From a virus (Duplodnaviria; Caudoviricetes): a stretch of DNA of 27,243 nt. Each line of letters opens with the position of its first letter. Within the stretch, counting starts at the first letter, position 1. Shown in pieces: positions 18,317 through 26,468 of this stretch. A program made the translations under genes and the position numbers. The stretch lies in IMG/VR virus record IMGVR_UViG_3300046805_000147, positions 1 to 27,243 of that record; one strand, written 5' to 3'. The notes beneath the pieces were generated by a model, which did no database searches, had not been told where the DNA came from, and worked only from the letters and a program-made list of their open reading frames with translations.

Positions 18317-20745
18317 CAGATTGCATTAGTTGCTTGACCAGAAACTCCAAATTTTAAAGTTCCTTCAGCCAATTCTTTACTTACCTTGACTCTATCCATG
18401 TAAACCGCAATCTTTCCTGAGGCCATCATACCAGTCAATACATCGATCTTTTGAGCTACTAAATCAATTCCTTGTCTCAACATAGCTGTTTCTTCACGTT
18501 TAGCTTCATTGGTCTTGGCTAGTGAATTAATAGCCGCAGTATCGATACTGATATCAAGATTTGGAAGTTTAACCCCAGATAGTTCTTTGAGTGATGATAC
18601 TGCTAATGAAACACCTTCGGCAGCCGCACTCATCGCAGTTAATTGTGTGGTAATATTTGTTAATCTACCCACATCAATATTGATATTAAGATTTGGAACT
18701 TTAAATCCGGACAATTTTTTAAGTGATTTAAGTGATTCAATTGTCAACGAAAGACCCGAGGCAGCCGCACTCATCGCAGTTAATTGTGTGGTGATATTTG
18801 TTAATGTATCCAATGGAAACAATCGTAAACTAACATTTAGAACACCCAATGCGTATCCCATAGCGCCAACCCCAAGTGCAGCCACAACTAATCCGGGTCC
18901 GACAAATGCTAACTTAACCAAGTTTGTAGTAACAGATCCTAATAATTCTGGTAGTTTATCCAAAACCTTCATTAATGTATCAGCTAAAATCGATGCCAAT
19001 CCCAAAAACAACGTTGATATTGCTGCAATTGCCGGAGCAGCTGCTCCAATTCCTTGACCAATTAATTTTAAAGCATATCCCAAACCAATTAAAGCAAGTG
19101 TAATTACACCAATCGCAAGAATAGCCATTGGTGGTATAACTAAAAATTGTACAGATCTTCCAAAGTTTCTCAGTCCCTTGCCAATTCCTTCCAATCCTTT
19201 ACCAATACCTTCACCCACTTTCTGAGCAGCATTTCCCATAGCATCTGCTAAAAAGTCCGCTACAAGTTTAATACCCTTCTTGAATGTAAAAAATGCAATT
19301 GTTAATCCAGCCAATCCAGCAATTACTATTCCAGCAGGTCCACCAAAATCCGCAATGGTTGCCAACAATTTGAAAAAGCTAATTTGTACAGTTCTAACCA
19401 AATCCATCAGTGGTTTCATAGCCTTACCCAAAGCCAACATAGCTTGTTCTTTTTGTGCATCTAGTATTTTGCTTCTTTCCTTCGCAACCTCTCCTATAGC
19501 AGCTAATTCATTGGCTCTTTTTTCTTGTTCTACTTTGGATCCAGAAATCTTGGCTAACTCTTTTTCTAGTTTTAAACGTTCTTTAGCTAAGTCTGGATTA
19601 TCTTGATCAATTTTCTGTTGTGTTTTCTTCAACGAACCAATCTTCTGTAATTCATTAATGTCTTTACCGGTCAATTCAGATAAAGCTTTACGTTGAAAAT
19701 AGTTTAACTTATCAATATCTCCAACTCTTTCAAGTTCTTTTTGTAATGCTTTTTCACCCTCAGCAATTTTACCTTCAAAAAACAATCTACGTGATTGATT
19801 AAAATTGATGTTTTGACCCAACAGTGCACTAGCTTTTAACTCAGCGCCAACCGACGATTCAAAGTTTAATAATGATTCAGCTGATTTTGCAGCTTGATCA
19901 AGACTACTACCAATCTTTCTCAACTCAGCTGCTTGTTTGATTAACTCAATCGTGTTGCCTTTAAATATTGTACGTACACTAGAACTAGCTCCACTTACAT
20001 CTTTAATAACCTTACCCAATGGTACTCCGGCAGCTTTTGCGGCAGCATCAGCTACTCCAGCCATGTTTTGTTGAGCTTGTAAACTGGTGTTACCAATTTC
20101 TCCTAATGTAGCAAAAAATTGAGCACTGTCTGTAGCGCTTATTCCAATCGATTGTGAAAGTTCAGCAGCTCTCATTGCAACCTGTGGCATATACTCGGCG
20201 GCCATCACACCAAGATTGTTATTTAACTCAGCAACTGCCTCAAGTGCTTCTGTCAGATTTACAACAAGATTTGTTGAAGAAGCAACAATACGTTGCATTA
20301 TAACCGCTTGTTTTTCAGACTGAACTCTACTGATTCCTTGTTTTACAGCATTATCCGCCAGTAATTTATCATACTTATCATAAGCATCTACAAGTTTTAT
20401 TAACGTGTCGTATGCAACTGCCATTAATGTTGCTTGCGTCTTTAACCCAGATATTTGATTTCTATGTTGCGCAATTTGTCCTTCAATTTCACTGATATCA
20501 TGTGCAACCATGAACCCTTCCTCTTGCAATTTTTTTAATGCTATAAGCTGCGATTCTTTTTCAGTTAATAATACATTTTCAATCTCTAATTGTTTTTCTA
20601 TATCTTTTAGTGGATTTATTGAATTTTTAATCTTTCTGCCAACGTCATCCCAAGTTTCAGAGTATGATTGTGTTTCAGCTCTGGCTCTTTCTAGCTGTTT
20701 AATTAAATCCGCTATGGATTTCTCTGTTGGTGAAGATGTTGCCAT
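18316..20745 (-). CDS. Tail tape measure protein (809 aa)
   Basis: Ala/Leu/Lys-rich coiled-coil N-terminal half, hydrophobic Gly/Ala-rich segments in the C-terminal half, C-terminal IAVYMD..KV; located directly after the tail chaperone pair. Confidence 0.85.
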   Translation of the reverse strand: MATSSPTEKSIADLIKQLERARAETQSYSETWDDVGRKIKNSINPLKDIEKQLEIENVLLTEKESQLIALKKLQEEGFMVAHDISEIEGQIAQHRNQISGLKTQATLMAVAYDTLIKLVDAYDKYDKLLADNAVKQGISRVQSEKQAVIMQRIVASSTNLVVNLTEALEAVAELNNNLGVMAAEYMPQVAMRAAELSQSIGISATDSAQFFATLGEIGNTSLQAQQNMAGVADAAAKAAGVPLGKVIKDVSGASSSVRTIFKGNTIELIKQAAELRKIGSSLDQAAKSAESLLNFESSVGAELKASALLGQNINFNQSRRLFFEGKIAEGEKALQKELERVGDIDKLNYFQRKALSELTGKDINELQKIGSLKKTQQKIDQDNPDLAKERLKLEKELAKISGSKVEQEKRANELAAIGEVAKERSKILDAQKEQAMLALGKAMKPLMDLVRTVQISFFKLLATIADFGGPAGIVIAGLAGLTIAFFTFKKGIKLVADFLADAMGNAAQKVGEGIGKGLEGIGKGLRNFGRSVQFLVIPPMAILAIGVITLALIGLGYALKLIGQGIGAAAPAIAAISTLFLGLASILADTLMKVLDKLPELLGSVTTNLVKLAFVGPGLVVAALGVGAMGYALGVLNVSLRLFPLDTLTNITTQLTAMSAAASGLSLTIESLKSLKKLSGFKVPNLNINIDVGRLTNITTQLTAMSAAAEGVSLAVSSLKELSGVKLPNLDISIDTAAINSLAKTNEAKREETAMLRQGIDLVAQKIDVLTGMMASGKIAVYMDRVKVSKELAEGTLKFGVSGQATNAI
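18619..18805. repeat. 46-bp direct repeat (1 mismatch, 141-bp period) within the tape measure gene
   Basis: Copies at 18619-18664 and 18760-18805, both encoding LTNITTQLTAMSAAA. Confidence 0.95.
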
Positions 20746-20758
20746 ATATTATATAATA

Positions 20759-20766
20759 ATAAATAT
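20759..20766 (-). promoter_or_regulatory. ATATTTAT putative late-promoter motif
   Basis: 13 nt upstream of the tape measure ATG at 20745. Confidence 0.6.
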
Positions 20767-20770
20767 CCAG

Positions 20771-20983
20771 TTATCTAAAAGATGGTTTATCTATTTTAGA
20801 CTTGGCAGATTTAGATTCGGATTGTTTATTCTCCCGTTCCTTGACATCGACGAGTTTTTTGTAATAAAAGTTGCGTAGATGAATAGGTAAAGCATACACC
20901 TCAGATGGTGTAAACCCATTACCATAATAACATAAATCAAATATTACGTGCTGTATGTAAACTCTGTGTTCAGGAGTTAGGCC
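20771..20983 (-). CDS. Unannotated 70-codon frameshift extension of the tail chaperone (gpGT-like C-terminal part)
   Basis: The +1 frame after UUUUUUU reads GLTPEHRVYIQHVIFDLCYYGNGFTPSEVYALPIHLRNFYYKKLVDVKERENKQSESKSAKSKIDKPSFR*. It has no ATG and fills the gap before the tape measure gene. Confidence 0.8.
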   Translation of the reverse strand, partial: GLTPEHRVYIQHVIFDLCYYGNGFTPSEVYALPIHLRNFYYKKLVDVKERENKQSESKSAKSKIDKPSFR

Positions 20984-21782
20984 AAAAAAATTGAACCGTC
21001 ATTGGTACGGCTACCCTTTCTTGGTTAGAACATTCAGTACAGCAAAAGTTGAATCGGCTATCAACATCGGGAGAAAAAACCTTCGCATGTTGTCTAAAAG
21101 CGCTGCTATCTTTTGCCAACATATTATTATCAATAAAAGACTTGATCTTGACTTTATCAGTATCTCCATTGATTGCTGTAATCATATGTTTCAATCGAGT
21201 GGTAATTTCACTTGAGGATTCCTTCTTTAACTTTGCAAATCCTTCAATATCACGTTCAATCATTTTTTCATCCGCAGCAGTCAATAACTTGAACTTGATT
21301 GTTAGTTTTGATGTTGGCAAAGTATATTCAAACTCATTTACACCCTTTGGATACGCATCAAAATCAATTTCTTTGTAGTTGATCTCTGATAAATCTACAT
21401 TTTGTTTATTTGCCGCAGAACATTTTGGACATGTAATTTCTACAGGACCATATGTGTCACCATAAGCCAATCGTCTGATTGCAAAAATTAAAGCATTTTT
21501 GTCACCCACAAGAATTTGATCCAAATCAATATCCTTATCAACAACTAATGATTCAATCAACTTTTCTACAGCAAGTCCTTTTTTAAGCAAATTTGGGCTG
21601 GTAAGAATATCTTCTTCTTTTGCCGTCATCAACTTAACTTCCAATTGGCCAGTAGACAATTTACTATTTGGCGGGTAAAAGTGTCCTCGACTTGGCAGAT
21701 CAACTATTTCTGTTGGAAACGTTGGAGCTGCAGGTTTTGGATTAACAACTGATTGTCTTGTAATAGAAATTTCGTCACTCAT
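20970..21782 (-). CDS. Tail/baseplate assembly chaperone, T4 gp26-like (270 aa)
   Basis: VDLPSRG..Y, MTAKEEDIL, GDKNAL..AIRRLAYG, second LP..K..IKFKLLT repeat, two CxxC pairs (CPKC, CTEC), ends QFFWPNS; lies between the tube and tape measure genes. Confidence 0.75.
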   Translation of the reverse strand: MSDEISITRQSVVNPKPAAPTFPTEIVDLPSRGHFYPPNSKLSTGQLEVKLMTAKEEDILTSPNLLKKGLAVEKLIESLVVDKDIDLDQILVGDKNALIFAIRRLAYGDTYGPVEITCPKCSAANKQNVDLSEINYKEIDFDAYPKGVNEFEYTLPTSKLTIKFKLLTAADEKMIERDIEGFAKLKKESSSEITTRLKHMITAINGDTDKVKIKSFIDNNMLAKDSSAFRQHAKVFSPDVDSRFNFCCTECSNQERVAVPMTVQFFWPNS

Positions 21783-21828
21783 AACTTTATAACAATATAT
21801 AGAACTTTATATAACTTTTTCAGTTATT

Positions 21829-22608
21829 TTATTTAGTTTTTACATCCTTTTGTGCATCTTGAGCTGTTTTAGTAAGTATACCAGCTCTGGTTCTGATTTT
21901 ATTGATAGCATCCTTAAACTTGGCTTCTGGTCCAACCAATGCATCCATAAAACTATCTTCTTCATATATCATCTTTCTGATAATAGCTTTAATCTTTTGT
22001 TTTTTTACTTCATTCATAGGTTTTAAAATTTTATGTATACTCTTAACAACTTGAGGTTTAACGCCTGGATAGTTGGTTGCGAAGTTTTGAAAATCATTGT
22101 TTGTTAAATCTTGTCTTAATGTACTAGCACTTATACTTTGACCATTTTTATCATCAGTTCTTCCCATATAGTTACTAGGAGAATCATCGGTCATATCAAC
22201 TACTTGTACACCTTTTGGTGCAGTTAGTCCATCTTTAGTTGCCTTGATTTTGTATCTTTCAATTGCCGCTGCAAAGATTTTGCTACGTTTTGCATCTTCT
22301 GGACTTTTTGCACTAGCACCCAAAGCAATGGTTTCTGTACTATTTCTTGGTAACCCAAATACATATCCAAATGCAGCATTCATAGGATTATCATCTTGTA
22401 CAGCAACTACTTCAACTTTTGGGTTTTTGGTTAGTAAGTTCCAAATAGCTAAACTTTGTTGACGATTGATACCATCACGTTCAGTGGGCCCAACCATTAC
22501 AATTACTTTCTTTACATCACCACGACTAGCAAATTTATTAGCTAATCCCAAATGGCCCACATGAGGTGGCTTAAATCCGCCGGGCAAAAGTACTGTTACT
22601 TGATCCAT
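21829..22608 (-). CDS. HxGH-family (cytidylyltransferase-like / NadD-CoaD-like) nucleotidyltransferase (259 aa; start moved to MDQVTV at 22608)
   Basis: PGGFKPPHVGH and ISASTLR motifs. The 19 extra N-terminal codons in the ORF track run across a terminator and the ATATTTAT motif. Confidence 0.8.
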   Translation of the reverse strand: MDQVTVLLPGGFKPPHVGHLGLANKFASRGDVKKVIVMVGPTERDGINRQQSLAIWNLLTKNPKVEVVAVQDDNPMNAAFGYVFGLPRNSTETIALGASAKSPEDAKRSKIFAAAIERYKIKATKDGLTAPKGVQVVDMTDDSPSNYMGRTDDKNGQSISASTLRQDLTNNDFQNFATNYPGVKPQVVKSIHKILKPMNEVKKQKIKAIIRKMIYEEDSFMDALVGPEAKFKDAINKIRTRAGILTKTAQDAQKDVKTK

Positions 22609-22612
22609 GAAT

Positions 22613-22620
22613 ATAAATAT
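22613..22620 (-). promoter_or_regulatory. ATATTTAT putative late-promoter motif
   Basis: 4 nt upstream of the ATG at 22608, immediately after the tail tube terminator. Confidence 0.6.
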
Positions 22621-22623
22621 CAA

Positions 22624-22660
22624 TAAAACAAAAAACCCCACAAATAAATGTAGGGTTTTA
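22624..22660 (-). terminator. Intrinsic terminator downstream of the tail tube gene
   Basis: Minus strand AAAACCCTACA-TTTATT-TGTGGGGTTTT followed by TTGTTTT. Confidence 0.8.
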
Positions 22661-22677
22661 AACATATGATGTGAATA

Positions 22678-23169
22678 TTAGTATTGGAGAATGCAATAGT
22701 CTGGTTGAATAGTCATACTGATTGTTATAGCATCACCATCGTTAGACCAATCCAATTCATTGAAGGTAGCTTCGGTGATGAAGGCACCCTTGAGTGTCCA
22801 TTCTTCTACCTTGTCACCAACTGGACCTAGAACATTAATGGTCAAATCCTTCTTATAAAAGTCTTGATAACCATCACGACCAGTAACAGATTCGTGGTGT
22901 AGACGAACCCATTCCATTACAGCTTGAGCACCAGAAGGAACAATTGGATCATATAGTTCTAACACCATTGTACCCCAAGTGCTTTTACCTTTGTAGTAGG
23001 TCTTGATGTTGATGTGGTCCAACTCCTTAGAAGCTTGTGTAATTTTTGGACGATCACATTTCTTGATGACGAAAGATGGAATACCATCAACGTATAGAAT
23101 AAATCTATTTTTTACCTTTGGTTCAAATGCTGTATAAAAAATTTCTGATGGATTTAGTAGTTCTGCCAT
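22678..23169 (-). CDS. Tail tube protein (T4 gp19-like)
   Basis: FEPKVKNRFIL, YYKGKSTW, LYDPI...VMEW, GDKVEEWTLKGAF, ELDWS; 163 aa; SD-like AAAGGA upstream. Confidence 0.9.
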   Translation of the reverse strand: MAELLNPSEIFYTAFEPKVKNRFILYVDGIPSFVIKKCDRPKITQASKELDHINIKTYYKGKSTWGTMVLELYDPIVPSGAQAVMEWVRLHHESVTGRDGYQDFYKKDLTINVLGPVGDKVEEWTLKGAFITEATFNELDWSNDGDAITISMTIQPDYCILQY

Positions 23170-23196
23170 ATGTTTTTTCCTTTAAGATTCTTATTT

Positions 23197-23204
23197 ATAA
23201 ATAT
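23197..23204 (-). promoter_or_regulatory. ATATTTAT putative late-promoter motif
   Basis: 27 nt upstream of the tail tube ATG, ahead of its SD. Confidence 0.6.
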
Positions 23205-23232
23205 AGTAAAGTTTTAATACCTGATGTTTTTT

Positions 23233-24396
23233 TTATATTTTATTGATCTCTTTATCGTAAATCGATTTTACATTTTGTCTTAGTTTGGAAATATATCCTG
23301 TGGATCTTAGTAATTTGAATACCAAATTTTCCACACTATACTCACCATCGTTACTTAAACCAGCTTCTCTCATATCATATAAACGTTTAATAACGGTCTT
23401 CATTAAGTCTATATCACCTTGGTTTATAGCTGTATTAATCATATCCACATACTGGTTATATTTCTTCTTGATAGTTTCTTTATCAACCTGTATTCCTTGA
23501 TACTCTGGTTTTTTAACCCACTCATTATTAATAATACTATATACCGCCTGACTTCTGTTAACATCGTTTATATCTTGTATATAAACCTCAACTTGATGAT
23601 CTCCAATGTGAATATCATGTTCTTGATTCCACGCGTTTTTCAATCCGTCAACATATTTCTTAACTAATTCTTTGTTTGGATCTATCTTGCTAAAATCAAC
23701 CAATATATGAAGATCTATATCACTATTTGGAGTCCAGTTATATCCAGCCGTACTTCCCAAAAAATAAATGTCTTCAATTGGCACATTTAATTCAACGCTT
23801 TTATAAAATTCATTAGCCACTTTAAGCATTTTATCCAATACTGCCGTCTTTAAAACACCTGATTGCCATAATTCTGGATTTAAAACACTGTTATAAATTC
23901 TATGTTTTTCTTTTACCCCAAGAATTTCCTTAAGTTTATTAATGGTGCTTATAGCATCCGTATGTAAAATACCAATACCACCTGCTTTATTAAACTCATC
24001 AATCGTTACAGGTTTATCATCGATTAAGATAGTATCAGATTTAGCATAATTAGCCTTGTCCTTACGACGACGTACTAAATTTGAAACAACTGTTATATTA
24101 TTATTTTTTAACCAAGTTAATTTACCAGCACTTGATTCCTCATCAGTTGAATGCGTCAATATTTCTATTGGTAAATCTTTTATAAAATTATATAACACTT
24201 TACCATCAGACATCCAATCCATGGTTGCATAAAAATCAGGGCTATTTTTCTTTACAAACTCATACAGGTTAACCGATCCATGTTCGGCTTCATAAGTTTC
24301 CACAGGTATACCACCACTATAACGCTTAAACTGCTTCTCCCAGTCGGTAAGTACGCCATCCATATCCACATAAATCTTATACTTGCTATTAATCAT
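23233..24396 (-). CDS. Fusion of a HAD-family 5'(3')-nucleotidase-like phosphatase and a Pol-beta-superfamily nucleotidyltransferase (387 aa)
   Basis: N-terminal IYVDMDGVLTD, ILT, GKLTWL, ILIDD; C-terminal LGSTAGYNWTPNSDIDLHI (GS...DxD), VEVYIQD, EYSVENLVFKLLR. Confidence 0.82.
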   Translation of the reverse strand: MINSKYKIYVDMDGVLTDWEKQFKRYSGGIPVETYEAEHGSVNLYEFVKKNSPDFYATMDWMSDGKVLYNFIKDLPIEILTHSTDEESSAGKLTWLKNNNITVVSNLVRRRKDKANYAKSDTILIDDKPVTIDEFNKAGGIGILHTDAISTINKLKEILGVKEKHRIYNSVLNPELWQSGVLKTAVLDKMLKVANEFYKSVELNVPIEDIYFLGSTAGYNWTPNSDIDLHILVDFSKIDPNKELVKKYVDGLKNAWNQEHDIHIGDHQVEVYIQDINDVNRSQAVYSIINNEWVKKPEYQGIQVDKETIKKKYNQYVDMINTAINQGDIDLMKTVIKRLYDMREAGLSNDGEYSVENLVFKLLRSTGYISKLRQNVKSIYDKEINKI

Positions 24397-24401
24397 TTAT
24401 A

Positions 24402-24409
24402 ATAAATAT
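24402..24409 (-). promoter_or_regulatory. ATATTTAT putative late-promoter motif
   Basis: 5 nt upstream of the ATG at 24396. Confidence 0.6.
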
Positions 24410-24515
24410 TAGCATGCTTAGCGCTTGTAGTGCTTATTTAACTTGAATTAATAAAGAAGATTAATAACGTATAGCGCTTGCATTTGCTTATACTTTATAT
24501 ATTCAGGATGTCAAG

Positions 24516-24794
24516 TTATTTTAAATTAGGCTTGAAAGTACCATCTTTTAAATTAAGGCTGCCATCACCATACTTTTCAGCCAATGTATTAATAAGCTTC
24601 TGTTCAACTACTTGCAACTCTTGCCATTTCTTAAGCACCTCAGTACGATTATTTTTAATTTCATCAAGCACATTTTGTGCATTAATTTCATCAAGCTGTA
24701 ATTGGCCAAGCGCAAATATCTTTTCTTGATATGACTCTTGAAGTGTTGCGATTTCAACCATCTCTTGTTCAGTAAATTTAATTGTATTATCCAT
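24516..24794 (-). CDS. Small coiled-coil hypothetical protein (92 aa)
   Basis: Heptad-like Gln/Glu/Leu pattern ending KYGDGSLNLKDGTF; starts 2 nt after the upstream stop. Confidence 0.75.
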   Translation of the reverse strand: MDNTIKFTEQEMVEIATLQESYQEKIFALGQLQLDEINAQNVLDEIKNNRTEVLKKWQELQVVEQKLINTLAEKYGDGSLNLKDGTFKPNLK

Positions 24795-24796
24795 AA

Positions 24797-25150
24797 TTAT
24801 TGCTTTCTTAAAGGGGTTATTAAACTATCAGTATCATCTGTAAAATTCTTAAAATTTGATTGTGGTTGACTACTAATCTTGGTTGTTGTAGGATTATATG
24901 AGTCACTATATTCTTTAGTATCAAAACTAACACTCTCTGGCTCTGACATATTGTTAGTACTAAATATTTTAGGCAAATCGTTCTGATTAATTGTACTCAA
25001 AACAGCTGTCGCTTTTCGTCTAGACATTTCTGTACGAATTAATGTTATATCATTCTTGTAATTCTCAATAAGTTCCAACAAATCAAAACCTATAGATTTC
25101 AGTTCCAAATCGGAATATTCAAACAAAGGTTTTTGGTTATTATCAATCAT
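24797..25150 (-). CDS. Hypothetical protein (117 aa)
   Basis: ATGA overlap with the glycosyltransferase stop; helical N-terminus and Ser/Thr-rich tail. Confidence 0.7.
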   Translation of the reverse strand: MIDNNQKPLFEYSDLELKSIGFDLLELIENYKNDITLIRTEMSRRKATAVLSTINQNDLPKIFSTNNMSEPESVSFDTKEYSDSYNPTTTKISSQPQSNFKNFTDDTDSLITPLRKQ

Positions 25151-26172
25151 ACGTTTATATATAGATTTATAACTTTACTTATATTTTTTATAAATTGTTG
25201 TTTGGTATATACAGAAGCGTCTAAAGAAGATTGTTTTCCTTTATAAACAACTTGATCTCGGTTATTATAACAATATCTCATCATATCTATAAACTCTTCT
25301 TCTTTAAACTCACTCCACTTACCCCCATAGTCACCCCAACACCTTTCACTATAAACTTCATCATATCCAACTTCAAACCCATTATTTTTATTGACAAACT
25401 CTGATAACCCTCCATAGTTGGTATAGATTATGGGTCTGCCACAACACATACTTTCTTGTTGCATCATACCCCATCCTTCACAAGTCGCCCCACTCAGATA
25501 AACATCCAAATTATAATACCAATCACGAAGATCATTTCTAGTCAACTTTTGTGACACGTATTTTAACTTAATATCAAATGTTTTCTGAATGTTTTCATTA
25601 GTCTTTATATGCATTTCAACATCATTACAACCCTTAAAAGCCTTAAGAAAACACTTTGTTACCTTGGTTAAATTTTTACGTGGATCTTCATTTGATATTC
25701 CAAAAACAAACTTATTTTTAGATTGTGGCTCCTTATAAACATAATGATCTGAATCACAAAATAATGGTAATACATCAATTTTAGTTGTTAAACCCTGATC
25801 TATAAAATTCAGTTTATTATAATTGTTGGGAACCAATATGTGAGTATAATTGTTTAAAATTTCTATCATCAAGTCATTTATTCTGGTACTTTCCCACATC
25901 GTATAAAGAACGCGGGGTCTATCAAAATTCATATAAAGAAATACATTTGTAGTACCCAAATCATTCGTTAAACTCAATAAACTCAAATCCAAAACATTCG
26001 GGTCAACAATCTTCTTGTTACTAAAATAATGCAAAAACTCATCATTAATAACACTATATGTTCTGGGAACAACATTGTATCCAACATTGGGAAGTTCATC
26101 TAATAATACACGTAATACTTCTTTATATCCAGACCCAAAATTATAAAACGAACTTAATGTAACATCTTTCAC
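25147..26172 (-). CDS. GT-B fold glycosyltransferase (GT4-like)
   Basis: GSGY, YTMWES, PRKNL, and the E-x7-E motif EGWGMMQQESMCCGRPIIYT..GGL.E. GTG start. Confidence 0.88.
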   Translation of the reverse strand: MKDVTLSSFYNFGSGYKEVLRVLLDELPNVGYNVVPRTYSVINDEFLHYFSNKKIVDPNVLDLSLLSLTNDLGTTNVFLYMNFDRPRVLYTMWESTRINDLMIEILNNYTHILVPNNYNKLNFIDQGLTTKIDVLPLFCDSDHYVYKEPQSKNKFVFGISNEDPRKNLTKVTKCFLKAFKGCNDVEMHIKTNENIQKTFDIKLKYVSQKLTRNDLRDWYYNLDVYLSGATCEGWGMMQQESMCCGRPIIYTNYGGLSEFVNKNNGFEVGYDEVYSERCWGDYGGKWSEFKEEEFIDMMRYCYNNRDQVVYKGKQSSLDASVYTKQQFIKNISKVINLYINV

Positions 26173-26177
26173 TAATA

Positions 26178-26459
26178 TTAAGTATTTGGTATATAATAAG
26201 AATTAATAACTTCTGTAGATGAGTCCAACAACTTTTTAGCAGATATAGATAAAGAACCACTCAATAAAGAAAACGCCAAATCAACACATTCCTCGGTAGT
26301 CTTACCAAGATGTTGTGATCCAGTCAATGCAATTTCATGATACGACTGCTTCTCAACGTTATCTTCTCTTTCAACAATAAAACCCACACATCTTCTGGTA
26401 CTATTTTCAGCACCAGTTTGAAGTTCATAACGCACAATTTTAAATCTAATATTTTCCAT
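26178..26459 (-). CDS. Hypothetical protein (93 aa)
   Basis: ATG start with an upstream ATATTTAT motif; fills the gap between the fibre and glycosyltransferase genes. Confidence 0.7.
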   Translation of the reverse strand: MENIRFKIVRYELQTGAENSTRRCVGFIVEREDNVEKQSYHEIALTGSQHLGKTTEECVDLAFSLLSGSLSISAKKLLDSSTEVINSYYIPNT

Positions 26460-26468
26460 AATATATCT

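Noticed and set aside
18619-18805. Diversity-generating retroelement TR/VR pair or att sites
   Set aside because: There is only one mismatch, both copies are in frame within one gene, and no reverse transcriptase or integrase is in the window.
22609-22665. Apparent N-terminal transmembrane/signal segment (MFKTLHLFVGFFVLLIFIF) on the HxGH enzyme
   Set aside because: It is an artefact of translating the U-rich terminator; the ATG at 22608 is the better start.
1002-24729. All plus-strand ORFs in the track (e.g. 18509-19057, 20510-20878, 13088-13408, 19280-19606)
   Set aside because: They are antisense shadows of well-supported minus-strand genes, with no recognisable motifs or translation signals.
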